A DNA stretch of 64,000 nucleotides from an uncultured Prevotella sp. (lineage in GTDB: Bacteria; Bacteroidota; Bacteroidia; Bacteroidales; Bacteroidaceae), in NCBI GenBank assembly GCA_937863835.1, contig CALMHT010000180.1:5395-69394 (forward strand), given 5' to 3'. Below are positions 20,353 to 31,155 of the stretch, one piece after another (the first letter of the stretch is position 1; the number at the start of each line of letters is the position of its first letter). A program made the position numbers and the translations under genes. The notes under the pieces are model-generated. The model searched no databases, had not been told where the DNA came from, and saw only the letters and a list, made by a program, of their open reading frames with translations.

Positions 20353-20459
20353 AATATCTTAATTTTTTAAGTTAGTAACTTACGTGCAAAGTAAGAAAAA
20401 AAAAATGATATTAGCAAAAGAAACTATTAAAAATAAATTATGGGGAGTGTTAAAAACAA

Positions 20460-21776
20460 CTAAATCATATTTGATAGGAAATCAGATACAATATAACTGC
20501 TACCTCCTACAAAAATAAAGTCATCCTTGTCAGCTGCCGACATAGCCGCATTATATGCTTCTTTCACATTAGGATAGGCTTTTCCTTGTAGGTTGTAATT
20601 CTGTGCAAGATTAATCAGTATATGCTCGTCAAGAGCCCTTTTTACATTTGCTTTTGTAAAATAATACATAGCATTTTTAGGAAGCAGTTCCATGACGCCC
20701 TTGATGTCTTTGTCGTTTACCATTCCGAACACAATATGCATTTTGTCGCAACTGACATCATGGAGTTGTTTGCTGATATATAGCCATCCTCCAACATTAT
20801 GTCCTGTGTCACATATTACTTTAGGGTTGTTTTGTATGACTTGCCATCTGCCCATCAGACCGGTAAGCTCACAGACATTATTAAATCCTGTCTTAATGTC
20901 TTTACAACGTAGATCTACAGGCATCTCTTTATTACATCCGCATATAAATCCGCCATTGGCTAGCCTTTTTAATGCGCAGAATATAGTATTGGCGTTCTTC
21001 TCTTGGCATAATCCTCCTAATTCTCCTTCGACAGCTCCAATGCTTCGGGTATTGTAAATTCTACCTCCTTCTTTCGTCGATTCTGAAGATAATATTTCTT
21101 TGTCTTCTTCGGCGAAAAAGATAGGGGAATGCATCTCTTCTGCTTTTGATTCGAAAACCGGACGTGTCTCTTTTGTTGTTTCTCCAATAACAACCGGTAT
21201 ACCTTTTTTTATAATACCGGCTTTTTCTCCTGCTATTTTTGCGAGAGTATTACCAAGAAATTGCGTATGGTCGTAACTAATATTTGTTATGACTGATAGG
21301 ACAGGGGTTATTATATTAGTACAATCGAGTCTGCCTCCTAGTCCAACTTCTATTACAGCAATATCGACATTCATATCAGCAAAGTATTTAAATGCCAAAG
21401 CTGTTGTGATTTCAAAGAACGAAGGATGGAGCGGTTCAAAAAAAGCTCTTTCGTTTTCTACAAAATCAATTACGTATTTTTCACTGATAGTTTTACCATT
21501 AACCCTTATACGCTCTCGAAAGTCAACAAGGTGTGGGGAGGTATATAGACCGACTTTGTATCCTGCGACTTGTAGAATCGATGCTAACGTATGTGAAACA
21601 GAACCTTTGCCATTCGTACCTGCTATATGTATTGTCTTATAGTTATGATGTGGATTACCGAAATGATTGTCTAACACATGTGTATTACTTAGTCCTTCTT
21701 TATATGCACCGGCACCCACTTTTTCGAACATTGGTGCACTGTTGTAAAGGTATTCTATCGTTTCTTTATAGTTCAT
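20460..21776 (-). CDS. folC: Bifunctional folylpolyglutamate synthase/dihydrofolate synthase
   Basis: HIAGTNGKGS, YTSPHL..FRERI, EVGLGGRLD.TN, EKAGI.K and DTGHN. Confidence 0.96.
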   Translation of the reverse strand: MNYKETIEYLYNSAPMFEKVGAGAYKEGLSNTHVLDNHFGNPHHNYKTIHIAGTNGKGSVSHTLASILQVAGYKVGLYTSPHLVDFRERIRVNGKTISEKYVIDFVENERAFFEPLHPSFFEITTALAFKYFADMNVDIAVIEVGLGGRLDCTNIITPVLSVITNISYDHTQFLGNTLAKIAGEKAGIIKKGIPVVIGETTKETRPVFESKAEEMHSPIFFAEEDKEILSSESTKEGGRIYNTRSIGAVEGELGGLCQEKNANTIFCALKRLANGGFICGCNKEMPVDLRCKDIKTGFNNVCELTGLMGRWQVIQNNPKVICDTGHNVGGWLYISKQLHDVSCDKMHIVFGMVNDKDIKGVMELLPKNAMYYFTKANVKRALDEHILINLAQNYNLQGKAYPNVKEAYNAAMSAADKDDFIFVGGSSYIVSDFLSNMI

Positions 21777-21793
21777 GGCAAATTTATTAAATG

Positions 21794-21824
21794 TTTGAGC
21801 CGCACATATTTAGTGCGGCTCAAA
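21794..21824 (-). terminator. Hairpin after dnaJ, before folC
   Basis: TTTGAGCCGCAC-ATATTTA-GTGCGGCTCAAA, a perfect 12-bp stem. Confidence 0.7.
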
Positions 21825-21830
21825 TAATAT

Positions 21831-22997
21831 TTAATTAAAATAATTCTTGAATCTTTGGAATATACTGCGTTTTGTGTCTAAGTCGCCCTTGAAATTGTCG
21901 CTATATCTCATTTGCTCAATGGAATCTCTTTCATTTTTGCTAAGTGTCTTGGGTACATAAACACTGATGTTTACTATGATATCTCCCACACCATTCCCGT
22001 AACCACGTACAGCTGGAAGTCCTTTTCCTCTTAATCTCATCGTCTTGCCTGGTTGTGTTCCTGCATCAATCTTCATTTTTAGTTTTGTACCACTAATAGT
22101 TGGTATTTCAACAGAACCTCCAAGTGCGGCTGTCGGGAAGTCGAGCAATAGGTTGTATATTAAATCTTGTCCGTCACGAACAAACATGTCGTTTTCCTCT
22201 TCTTCAATATAAACCTGAATATTTCCCGCTATCCCGTTGTGTTTGCCAGCATTACCTTTGTTTGGTACGTTAACGACCATTCCTTCTGAAACACCGGCCG
22301 GAATGTTGATTTCTACAACTTCTTCACCTTTTACAATTCCTTCACCTCCACAAACACGACATTTGTTCTTTATTATTTTACCTTCACCCCCACATGTAGG
22401 ACAGACACCTTGCGTTTGCATCATACCGAATATGCTTTGTGTGGTATGTGTAATAACTCCACTACCGTGGCATGTGGGACATGTATCAGAACCGCTACCT
22501 GCTTCAGCTCCTGTACCGTGGCAATGAGAACAAATAACATCTTTCTTAACTTTGAATTTTTTAGTTACTCCGGTCGCAACCTCTTCAAGGCTAAGTTTTA
22601 CTTTAAGTCTTAAGTCACTGCCTCTAAATTGCTGTGGGCGTGCCTGCCGGCTGCCTCCACCTCCAAATCCTCCAAATCCACTGTGACCACCGAAAATATC
22701 TCCGAACATCGAGAAAATATCGTCCATATTCATACTGCCACCGAAACCACCGAAACCGCCGGTTCCACCACCGCCAGGAGCATTAAATCCAAATTGGTCG
22801 TATTGCTGACGTTTTTGTGCGTCATGCAGTACATCATAAGCCTCAGCAGCCTCTTTGAATTTCTCTTCTGCAGATTTGTCACCTGGATTCTTATCTGGGT
22901 GATATTTAATAGCAATTTTTCTATATGCTTTTTTTATTTCGTCCTCAGATGCATTCTTGTCAACACCAAGAACTTCATAATAGTCTCTTTTAGCCAT
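21831..22997 (-). CDS. dnaJ: Chaperone DnaJ
   Basis: J-domain with HPD, G/F-rich linker, four CxxCxGxG zinc-finger repeats and a C-terminal domain. Confidence 0.98.
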   Translation of the reverse strand: MAKRDYYEVLGVDKNASEDEIKKAYRKIAIKYHPDKNPGDKSAEEKFKEAAEAYDVLHDAQKRQQYDQFGFNAPGGGGTGGFGGFGGSMNMDDIFSMFGDIFGGHSGFGGFGGGGSRQARPQQFRGSDLRLKVKLSLEEVATGVTKKFKVKKDVICSHCHGTGAEAGSGSDTCPTCHGSGVITHTTQSIFGMMQTQGVCPTCGGEGKIIKNKCRVCGGEGIVKGEEVVEINIPAGVSEGMVVNVPNKGNAGKHNGIAGNIQVYIEEEENDMFVRDGQDLIYNLLLDFPTAALGGSVEIPTISGTKLKMKIDAGTQPGKTMRLRGKGLPAVRGYGNGVGDIIVNISVYVPKTLSKNERDSIEQMRYSDNFKGDLDTKRSIFQRFKNYFN

Positions 22998-23008
22998 TTT
23001 GTTTTATC

Positions 23009-23626
23009 TTATTGTCCAACAGCCACTTTCGCGTGACGTATTACTTTATCATTAAGAGTATAACCAGTCTGTACACAGTCTAGTACTTTTCCTTTCTTCT
23101 CATCGCCCATACCGGGAACCATTGCTATTGCTTCATGATAGTCTGTGTTGAAGTCTTTGTCTTCAGTTTCTATTTTCTTCAGTCCAAGACCTTCAAGTAT
23201 TTTGCCAAACTTCTGATATATCAGATCCATTCCTTCTTTCAGGACCTTTGGATCATCAGTTTTATCTGCATTTGCAAGTGCACGCTCCATATCATCAAGG
23301 ATTGGGAGCACCGCAGAAATTGTCTTCTCAGAACCATTAAGTATCAACTCTGTCTTTTCTTTCAGAGTTCGTTTACGATAATTGTCAAACTCTGCAACAG
23401 ATCTCAAATACTTATCTTTAAGTTCTTCAATTTGAGAATTTGCTTCTTCTAGAGGATCTTTTGTGTCTTCTTTTTTAGTTTCAGTAGATTCGGCATCAGT
23501 TTCTTCTGCTTCATCAACATTTTCTTCTTTATCTTTTTCGTTGCATTCAACGTCTTCCGAATTTAATTTTTCATCTTCCTTGACGTTTTCCATGTCATTT
23601 ATTTCTTCTTTATTGTCCATAGCCAT
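23009..23626 (-). CDS. grpE: Nucleotide exchange factor GrpE
   Basis: AEFDNYRKR, LPILDD.ERA, F....HEA and GY.LNDKVIR.AKV.V. Confidence 0.96.
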   Translation of the reverse strand: MAMDNKEEINDMENVKEDEKLNSEDVECNEKDKEENVDEAEETDAESTETKKEDTKDPLEEANSQIEELKDKYLRSVAEFDNYRKRTLKEKTELILNGSEKTISAVLPILDDMERALANADKTDDPKVLKEGMDLIYQKFGKILEGLGLKKIETEDKDFNTDYHEAIAMVPGMGDEKKGKVLDCVQTGYTLNDKVIRHAKVAVGQ

Positions 23627-23677
23627 TTTGAATATTTTGCTAACTATTAATAATGTTCAATTTTCTATTAAAAATAT

Positions 23678-23694
23678 AGCAAAAAGCTTGCCAA
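23678..23694 (-). promoter_or_regulatory. Sigma54-type -24/-12 promoter motif for grpE-dnaJ
   Basis: Minus strand TTGGCAAGCTTTTTGCT: GG-N10-GC with exact spacing, about 52 nt upstream of grpE. Confidence 0.6.
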
Positions 23695-23697
23695 ACT

Positions 23698-25314
<1,617 letters not shown>

Positions 25315-25419
25315 TTACTCTAATTACCTAATTATTAATATTTTGAGTGCAAATTTACAATAATTTTTTCACATGACCAAAATATTAAGTCTTGTATTGT
25401 ATTTATATTTTTGTAAGGA

Positions 25420-25569
25420 TCACTTGAAATAGTAGTAAAGAGCAATAAGTAATCCGATAGTGATAACCGAAATGATGGTTCGGAATAGACATCCTGCCAC
25501 TTTTTTTACTATTAGAACAGCTATTATTAATAAAATGATAGCTGATATATATCCATAAATTGTACTCAT
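25420..25569 (-). CDS. Small (49 aa) two-TM membrane protein
   Basis: Manual translation: MSTIYGYISAIILLIIAVLIVKKVAGCLFRTIISVITIGLLIALYYYFK*. It starts 12 nt after the RluA stop with an AT-rich leader and fills an otherwise empty gap; below the ORF-track length cutoff. Confidence 0.7.
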   Translation of the reverse strand: MSTIYGYISAIILLIIAVLIVKKVAGCLFRTIISVITIGLLIALYYYFK

Positions 25570-25581
25570 AATTATTTATTA

Positions 25582-26481
25582 TTATTTGAAAATACTACGG
25601 AATTGTGTAGGTATAGGAGTCTCAAACTCCATTGGCTCGCCTGTGACAGGGTGAGTAAAACATAGTAAGTATGCATGTAAGCATAATCTATGTAAAGGAT
25701 CGTCACCGTTGCCATATTTAGGATCACCGCAAACAGGATGCCCAAGATCCTGTGTATGAACTCTGATTTGATTCTTACGTCCTGTTTCAAGCCTGAACTC
25801 TACTAATGAATGTTCAGTTGTTCTATTAAGAACATGATAGTGGGTAATAGCGTATTTACCACCATTATCGACAAGTGATGAGTATGTAATGTAGGCTTTG
25901 TTGTCTTTAAGCCAATTAGATATTGTTCCTTCATCGTTTTCCATTTCACCGCTTACTACTGCTACATATCTGCGGTCATATACAATATGATGCCAGTCAT
26001 GTTCAAGAATCTGTTCGGTTTCAATATCCTTGGCATATATCATAAGTCCACTCGTATCTCTGTCAAGACGGTGCACAACGTGTGCCGTACATCGCTGTTT
26101 GTTCTTTTTGAAGTAATCATCAAGTATCGATTTTACATTTAGTGATGAATGCCCTGCAGCCATAGACAAAACACCAATGTTTTTTTCAATAACGACCAAC
26201 CATTTGTCTTCATATACAATTTTTACATAGCGACTTTTGAAAGGGTTGTTACGTTTTGTTTTGCTAACTGTTACTTTCATACCAGGCATAAGTTTAAAGT
26301 CAAATTGGGAAACTGTATTGCCGTTCACTTTTATGCCTCTTCCTGAAAGGGTGGACTTTATTTTTGTTTTACTTTCTTTTTTTACATTCTCAATTAGAAA
26401 ATCAAGTAGTTGACATTCTTTCGTGACTGTATAGTAGTCGTATTTATCAGCGTTGTTCTTATATAAATTTCTCATAATCAT
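25582..26481 (-). CDS. RluA/RluD-family 23S rRNA pseudouridine synthase
   Basis: N-terminal S4-like region, VHRLDRDTSG catalytic motif, LETGRKNQIRVH, GDPKYG and LCLHA. Confidence 0.94.
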   Translation of the reverse strand: MIMRNLYKNNADKYDYYTVTKECQLLDFLIENVKKESKTKIKSTLSGRGIKVNGNTVSQFDFKLMPGMKVTVSKTKRNNPFKSRYVKIVYEDKWLVVIEKNIGVLSMAAGHSSLNVKSILDDYFKKNKQRCTAHVVHRLDRDTSGLMIYAKDIETEQILEHDWHHIVYDRRYVAVVSGEMENDEGTISNWLKDNKAYITYSSLVDNGGKYAITHYHVLNRTTEHSLVEFRLETGRKNQIRVHTQDLGHPVCGDPKYGNGDDPLHRLCLHAYLLCFTHPVTGEPMEFETPIPTQFRSIFK

Positions 26482-26483
26482 TT

Positions 26484-27395
26484 TTAATTTAATAGTATAC
26501 CTATGACGACAGTCAGTCCATATATAAAAATATTTCTTGCTGTTTGTCCTAATATTATATTCAAGGCTTTGCCTCTTTTAAATTTCATCATCTTATTGTA
26601 TGTCAGTAGATGTAGAAAAAGATATATGAAAGGTAAGATAAAAGCCCATATCTGTCCGTATCTCCAATATGTTAAACCAATAATACATGCTATCAAACCA
26701 ATACTCATATATAGATATCCAGACAGTCTCAGTCCTAGTCTTACAACCAAAGTATTCTTTCCTGCTTTTTTGTCATTTTCACAATCTCTGAAATTATTTA
26801 CTATCAGTAACGTATCTATTACGATTCCAGATGCAATTGATGCAACGAAGCATTCCAGTGTGACAGTGTGTAGTTGAACATAATATGAAATACAGACAGG
26901 AATCATACCAAAGAAAACGATAACCAGTAAATCGCCCAAACCCATGTATGAAAGATGGGTGGTATACAGGAAACAGAATATGACACAGATTAATCCTACA
27001 AGAATCATCTCGAATCCACCAAAGATGACAAGTGGCAGTCCTATTATACATGCTGCAACGGTTGTCAATGCTATTCCTTTTTTCATTGCGTCAATGCTAA
27101 TCCATCCCTGTGCACATGCACGTCTTGGTCCCAGTCTGGTTTCATCATCATTACCATTAATACAATCGAAGAAATCATTTATGAAATTGGCGTCAATCTG
27201 CATGGTAAATGCAAAAAGAAGACAAAGGATGGCTGCTGTAATACTAAATACGTTATACGTATATAGTTTGCTGTCAACGAAAGCGAGAACCACACCGATC
27301 ATGACCGGAACTGCAGCACCCGTGAGAGTCTTTGGTCGTGCTGCAAGCATCCAGGCTTTCATGGAATTCTGTTTGATTGAAGTTTTTCCTTCCAT
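26484..27395 (-). CDS. menA: 1,4-dihydroxy-2-naphthoate octaprenyltransferase
   Basis: WMLAARPKTL, NDFFD...G.D, NNFRD...D..AGKNTLVVRLG; UbiA-family TM pattern. Confidence 0.94.
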   Translation of the reverse strand: MEGKTSIKQNSMKAWMLAARPKTLTGAAVPVMIGVVLAFVDSKLYTYNVFSITAAILCLLFAFTMQIDANFINDFFDCINGNDDETRLGPRRACAQGWISIDAMKKGIALTTVAACIIGLPLVIFGGFEMILVGLICVIFCFLYTTHLSYMGLGDLLVIVFFGMIPVCISYYVQLHTVTLECFVASIASGIVIDTLLIVNNFRDCENDKKAGKNTLVVRLGLRLSGYLYMSIGLIACIIGLTYWRYGQIWAFILPFIYLFLHLLTYNKMMKFKRGKALNIILGQTARNIFIYGLTVVIGILLN

Positions 27396-27453
27396 AAAAT
27401 AAACTTTTAGCTTGCAAAATTAAACATAAAATGCTACATTTGCAAAAATTATT

Positions 27454-28101
27454 ATGAATAATTGTATGATAGAGAGCAACGTAAGTCTTGATTTGATGGA
27501 ATTCATTGAGAAAAATATACTTCCTAAGTATATTGATTTTGATCGGGCACATAATTTGAAACATGTTCAACAGGTAATCAAAAATTCTCTCATACTGGCA
27601 AAAACTGTCGGAGCAGATCTAGATATGGTGTATACAATTGCTGCATATCATGATTTGGGTCTAAATGGTCCACGCGCTATTCATCATATAACAGGTGGTA
27701 AAATACTGCAATCTGATGTTCGACTTAAACGTTGGTTTAGTCCTGAAAAACTAAGATTGATGAAAGAGGCTATAGAAGATCACAGAGCTTCCGCTTCCAG
27801 AGCCCCTCGCAGCATATATGGGAAAATCGTAGCTGAAGCTGATAGGGACTTAGATTCAGATCATGTTTTCCGAAGAGCTGTTCAGTTTGGATTGGAAAAG
27901 TATCCGGAAAAGAATAAAGAGGAACAGTGGTTGCGTTTTCTTGATCACATGAAAGAGAAATATTCGAATGAAGGATATATACACTTATGGATACAAGGTT
28001 CTCCAAATGCTTTAAAATTAAAAGAAGTACGGGATATAATCAGTCAGCCCGCACTCCTTTATACATATTTTGACCGTATTTACGAAGAAGAAAAGATCTA
28101 A
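27454..28101 (+). CDS. HD-domain metal-dependent phosphohydrolase
   Basis: H(NLKH), YHDLG, EDHR and EADR motifs. Confidence 0.88.
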   Translation: MNNCMIESNVSLDLMEFIEKNILPKYIDFDRAHNLKHVQQVIKNSLILAKTVGADLDMVYTIAAYHDLGLNGPRAIHHITGGKILQSDVRLKRWFSPEKLRLMKEAIEDHRASASRAPRSIYGKIVAEADRDLDSDHVFRRAVQFGLEKYPEKNKEEQWLRFLDHMKEKYSNEGYIHLWIQGSPNALKLKEVRDIISQPALLYTYFDRIYEEEKI

Positions 28102-29240
28102 TATGCGTGTTCGTCTTTTATGTCATTATCATCTATCTTCTTTTTATCGATTGACCTCCACGCGATGATGATATAGGCCAAAACAAATGGTATGAATATT
28201 GATACATAAGCCATAGTTCGCAATGTAAATTCACTACTACAACTATTTGACAGTGTCAGAGAACTTTGTATGTCTGCATTTGACGGATAATAGGCCGTAT
28301 TGTTGTAACCTACGCATAGTAGTAATGCCAGAACTGTAAGGACGACACCTATGCCTACGGGCCAAATTCCTGATATGTAATTACTCTTAAACAGCGTTTT
28401 GCAAGTTCCGTACAGAACCAACACTACACCTATTAGTAATATGATAGTTAACCACCACATTTGTATGAAGTTATCAAGATACTTCATCGGTTCCATATAT
28501 ATTGTTCCTGTCGCAGAATTTAATGCATATCCATCCTTGAATAATGTTCTTATGATAAAGGCGAGGAATGTGATTAGGAATATTACGAAATCAAGTCTCA
28601 GTCGTTTGCGTGAATTATCTCTTATTTCATTATCTGCAATGTTGTTAATAAAATATAGACTGCCTAATATTCGTGAAAGATACAATACAGCCAGACCGAA
28701 AATCAAATTCCAAGGATCTAACAGTGCATCAAGACCATTGCTGGCATTTGCCCATTTGCTTATGATGGGTTGTAATCCATTCGTTAGATTACCTTTGTCG
28801 ATAATAAAGTTTGAACCATCGAAAAATGTTGCTACTGCGCCTCCCAACAATAGGGGACCGACAATTCCGTTAATTACAAGGAACGTCTGGAAGGTACGTG
28901 CACCAAGTATGTTCCCAATTCTATTTTGAAATTCATAACTGACGGCTTGCAGTACAAAGGTAAATAAAATAATCATCCACAACCAATAGGCTCCGCCAAA
29001 ACTTGTAGAATAGAATAGGGGGAAGGATGCGAAGAATGCACCACCGAAAGTTACTAATGTGGTAAAAGTAAATTCCCATTTACGCCCTGTAGAGTTGATC
29101 AACATCCTTCTCTTTTCTTCTGTATGTCCAATTGTCATAAGAAGAGAGTTTCCTCCTTGTACGAAAAGTAGAAAAACTAGCAGCGCTCCTAGTAAGGAGA
29201 CAATAAACCACCAATATTGTTGCAATAATATGTAAGTCAT
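28098..29240 (-). CDS. cydB: Cytochrome bd ubiquinol/menaquinol oxidase subunit II
   Basis: Multi-TM protein, KWE..FT.LV.FGGAFFASFP..Y motif; directly downstream of cydA. Confidence 0.95.
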   Translation of the reverse strand: MTYILLQQYWWFIVSLLGALLVFLLFVQGGNSLLMTIGHTEEKRRMLINSTGRKWEFTFTTLVTFGGAFFASFPLFYSTSFGGAYWLWMIILFTFVLQAVSYEFQNRIGNILGARTFQTFLVINGIVGPLLLGGAVATFFDGSNFIIDKGNLTNGLQPIISKWANASNGLDALLDPWNLIFGLAVLYLSRILGSLYFINNIADNEIRDNSRKRLRLDFVIFLITFLAFIIRTLFKDGYALNSATGTIYMEPMKYLDNFIQMWWLTIILLIGVVLVLYGTCKTLFKSNYISGIWPVGIGVVLTVLALLLCVGYNNTAYYPSNADIQSSLTLSNSCSSEFTLRTMAYVSIFIPFVLAYIIIAWRSIDKKKIDDNDIKDEHAY

Positions 29241-29253
29241 AATCTAATTCGTT

Positions 29254-30828
29254 TTAATTGTTTATATTATCATTATCCAAATGTTCTGGACCTTTCTTGA
29301 TTGCCTTGCACAATATGCTGATTTCTACGGTCAGCAAGGTCGTAAACAATATAAGAAATAAGAAGAATGTCGTAATGACCGAACTTGTCTGAAGATCGGA
29401 TATAGCAGCGCATGTCGGTAACATGTCCTGAATAGTCCAAGGCTGTCTTCCAAATTCGGCTACCAACCATCCAGATTCACTTACAATATATCCAAGTGGA
29501 AGAGAGAACAAAGCTATAATCTGCAACCATCTCATTTTAGTAATGTCCTTACGATATACGATAAACAATACAAATGCGAACAGGATAATGAAATAGGTTC
29601 CAAGACCTACCATAATTCTGAATGCGTAGAAACAGACAGGAATATATGGAACGAGTTCAGCTTTATCCCTAATATATCCATATCCAAAGTATGGCATATT
29701 ATCCTTTAATAGTTTTTTTGTTGCCAACTCCGATTTTTTGTCTTTTTCAATTTTAGCTTTTCTGTAATTTGCCAATGCCTTTATTGCAATCTGTCCTTTT
29801 GAAATTTTTTCGTCAAAAGAGAGTGCTTTTTGTCCGTTAGACAAACAATAGCCACCTTTTATTAAGTCATTGACACCAGGAACGTATCCGTTAAAATCAT
29901 GAGTCGCTAGAAACGACAACATATTTGGAACGGCAATGCGCATATTGGCTTCATCCATATTTTCATAGTCCGGTTGTGAAAAAGGATTCACACAGGCAAT
30001 AACGGTAAGACTCTTTCCGTTGCCACCATTGTACAGAGCCTCCATTGCGGCTAATTTCATGGGTTGCGTCTGTGCTACCATATATGCACTCTTGTCTCCA
30101 GTATGTATAGCTAGTAATGATGAAACCAATCCTACAATAGCTGCAATTTTAATACTTGCCATTGCCATTTTCTGTTCCCTGTGCCTAAGCAGATACCAAC
30201 AACTTACTGCCAGTACGAATACAGCACCAATCACCCATGTAGAGATTACTGTGTGGCAAAATTTGTCAACTGCTACAGGTGACAGGGCAACATCTGCGAA
30301 ACTGACCATTTCATTTCTTACAGTGTCAGGATTAAATTCTTGTCCCACAGGATATTGCATCCATGAATTGGCAACCAAAATCCACCATGCTGATATAGTA
30401 GCACCAGCACCAGTCAACCATGTCGAAGCAAGATGAAATCCTTTTGAAACTTTTTTCCATCCGAAGAACATGACTGCAACGAATGTTGATTCCATAAAGA
30501 ATGCGATAATACCTTCAATAGCCAATGGCGCGCCAAAGATATCACCAACAAACCACGAGTAGTTACTCCAATTCGTTCCGAATTCAAATTCAAGAATAAT
30601 ACCTGTGGCAACCCCCATAGCAAAATTGATACCAAACAATTTTTGCCAGAATACGGCCGTTCTTTTCCAAAACTCATCTTTTGTACGGTAATAACAGGTT
30701 TCCATGATGCCCATAATTAGAGCCAGCCCTAATGTCAGTGGTACAAACAGCCAATGGTAGATGGCTGTAAGAGCAAATTGTGCTCTCGACCAATCGATAG
30801 TTGAAATGTCAATGTCTAATAGAATCAT
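29254..30828 (-). CDS. cydA: Cytochrome bd oxidase subunit I
   Basis: R.QFA.T..YHW.FVP.TLGL, EFEFGTNW, FMES.F, QYPVG, HTV, QPMKLAAME, FRIMVG and E.GRQPW. Confidence 0.97.
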   Translation of the reverse strand: MILLDIDISTIDWSRAQFALTAIYHWLFVPLTLGLALIMGIMETCYYRTKDEFWKRTAVFWQKLFGINFAMGVATGIILEFEFGTNWSNYSWFVGDIFGAPLAIEGIIAFFMESTFVAVMFFGWKKVSKGFHLASTWLTGAGATISAWWILVANSWMQYPVGQEFNPDTVRNEMVSFADVALSPVAVDKFCHTVISTWVIGAVFVLAVSCWYLLRHREQKMAMASIKIAAIVGLVSSLLAIHTGDKSAYMVAQTQPMKLAAMEALYNGGNGKSLTVIACVNPFSQPDYENMDEANMRIAVPNMLSFLATHDFNGYVPGVNDLIKGGYCLSNGQKALSFDEKISKGQIAIKALANYRKAKIEKDKKSELATKKLLKDNMPYFGYGYIRDKAELVPYIPVCFYAFRIMVGLGTYFIILFAFVLFIVYRKDITKMRWLQIIALFSLPLGYIVSESGWLVAEFGRQPWTIQDMLPTCAAISDLQTSSVITTFFLFLILFTTLLTVEISILCKAIKKGPEHLDNDNINN

Positions 30829-30839
30829 ATTCGTGTTTT

Positions 30840-31064
30840 TTAAGGTTTTATTCTGTTTGTTATCTGAGTGGATACATAATTTGCACGTTGAGACTCAGGG
30901 ACTTTTGATTTTAGAAAATCAGGGAAGAAGAATATTTTTAATACTACAAATATTATGAAAAGTTTGATAAGTATAATGAGCCATAAAGTTTTACCCCATC
31001 TCAGATGTGAAAAACCATCATAATATAAATCCCATATACGGTATAATAAATTCGACTTTTTCAT
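30840..31064 (-). CDS. Small single-TM protein preceding cydA (DUF4492-like)
   Basis: MKKSNLLYRIWDLYYDGFSHLRWGKTLWLIILIKLFIIFVVLKIFFFPDFL. The start at 31064 is chosen because the -7 element (31108-31115) lies inside the longer ORF-track version. Confidence 0.8.
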   Translation of the reverse strand: MKKSNLLYRIWDLYYDGFSHLRWGKTLWLIILIKLFIIFVVLKIFFFPDFLKSKVPESQRANYVSTQITNRIKP

Positions 31065-31107
31065 AATACGGCATTTATTCGTTCCTATTAATAAACGAGT
31101 TATGTTG

Positions 31108-31115
31108 CAAATATA
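31108..31115 (-). promoter_or_regulatory. -7 element (TATATTTG) for DUF4492-cydAB
   Basis: CAAATATA on + strand, 44 nt upstream of the ATG at 31064. Confidence 0.6.
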
Positions 31116-31155
31116 CATTATATTTGCAACATAACATCAAATTAATGACATTTTT

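Noticed and set aside
20440-20460. AGTGTTAAAAACAACT near the gal/folC junction as an AraR site
   Set aside because: The spacing and right half-site do not fit GTGT-N7-ACAC, and it lies upstream of the predicted -33 with no supporting second site.
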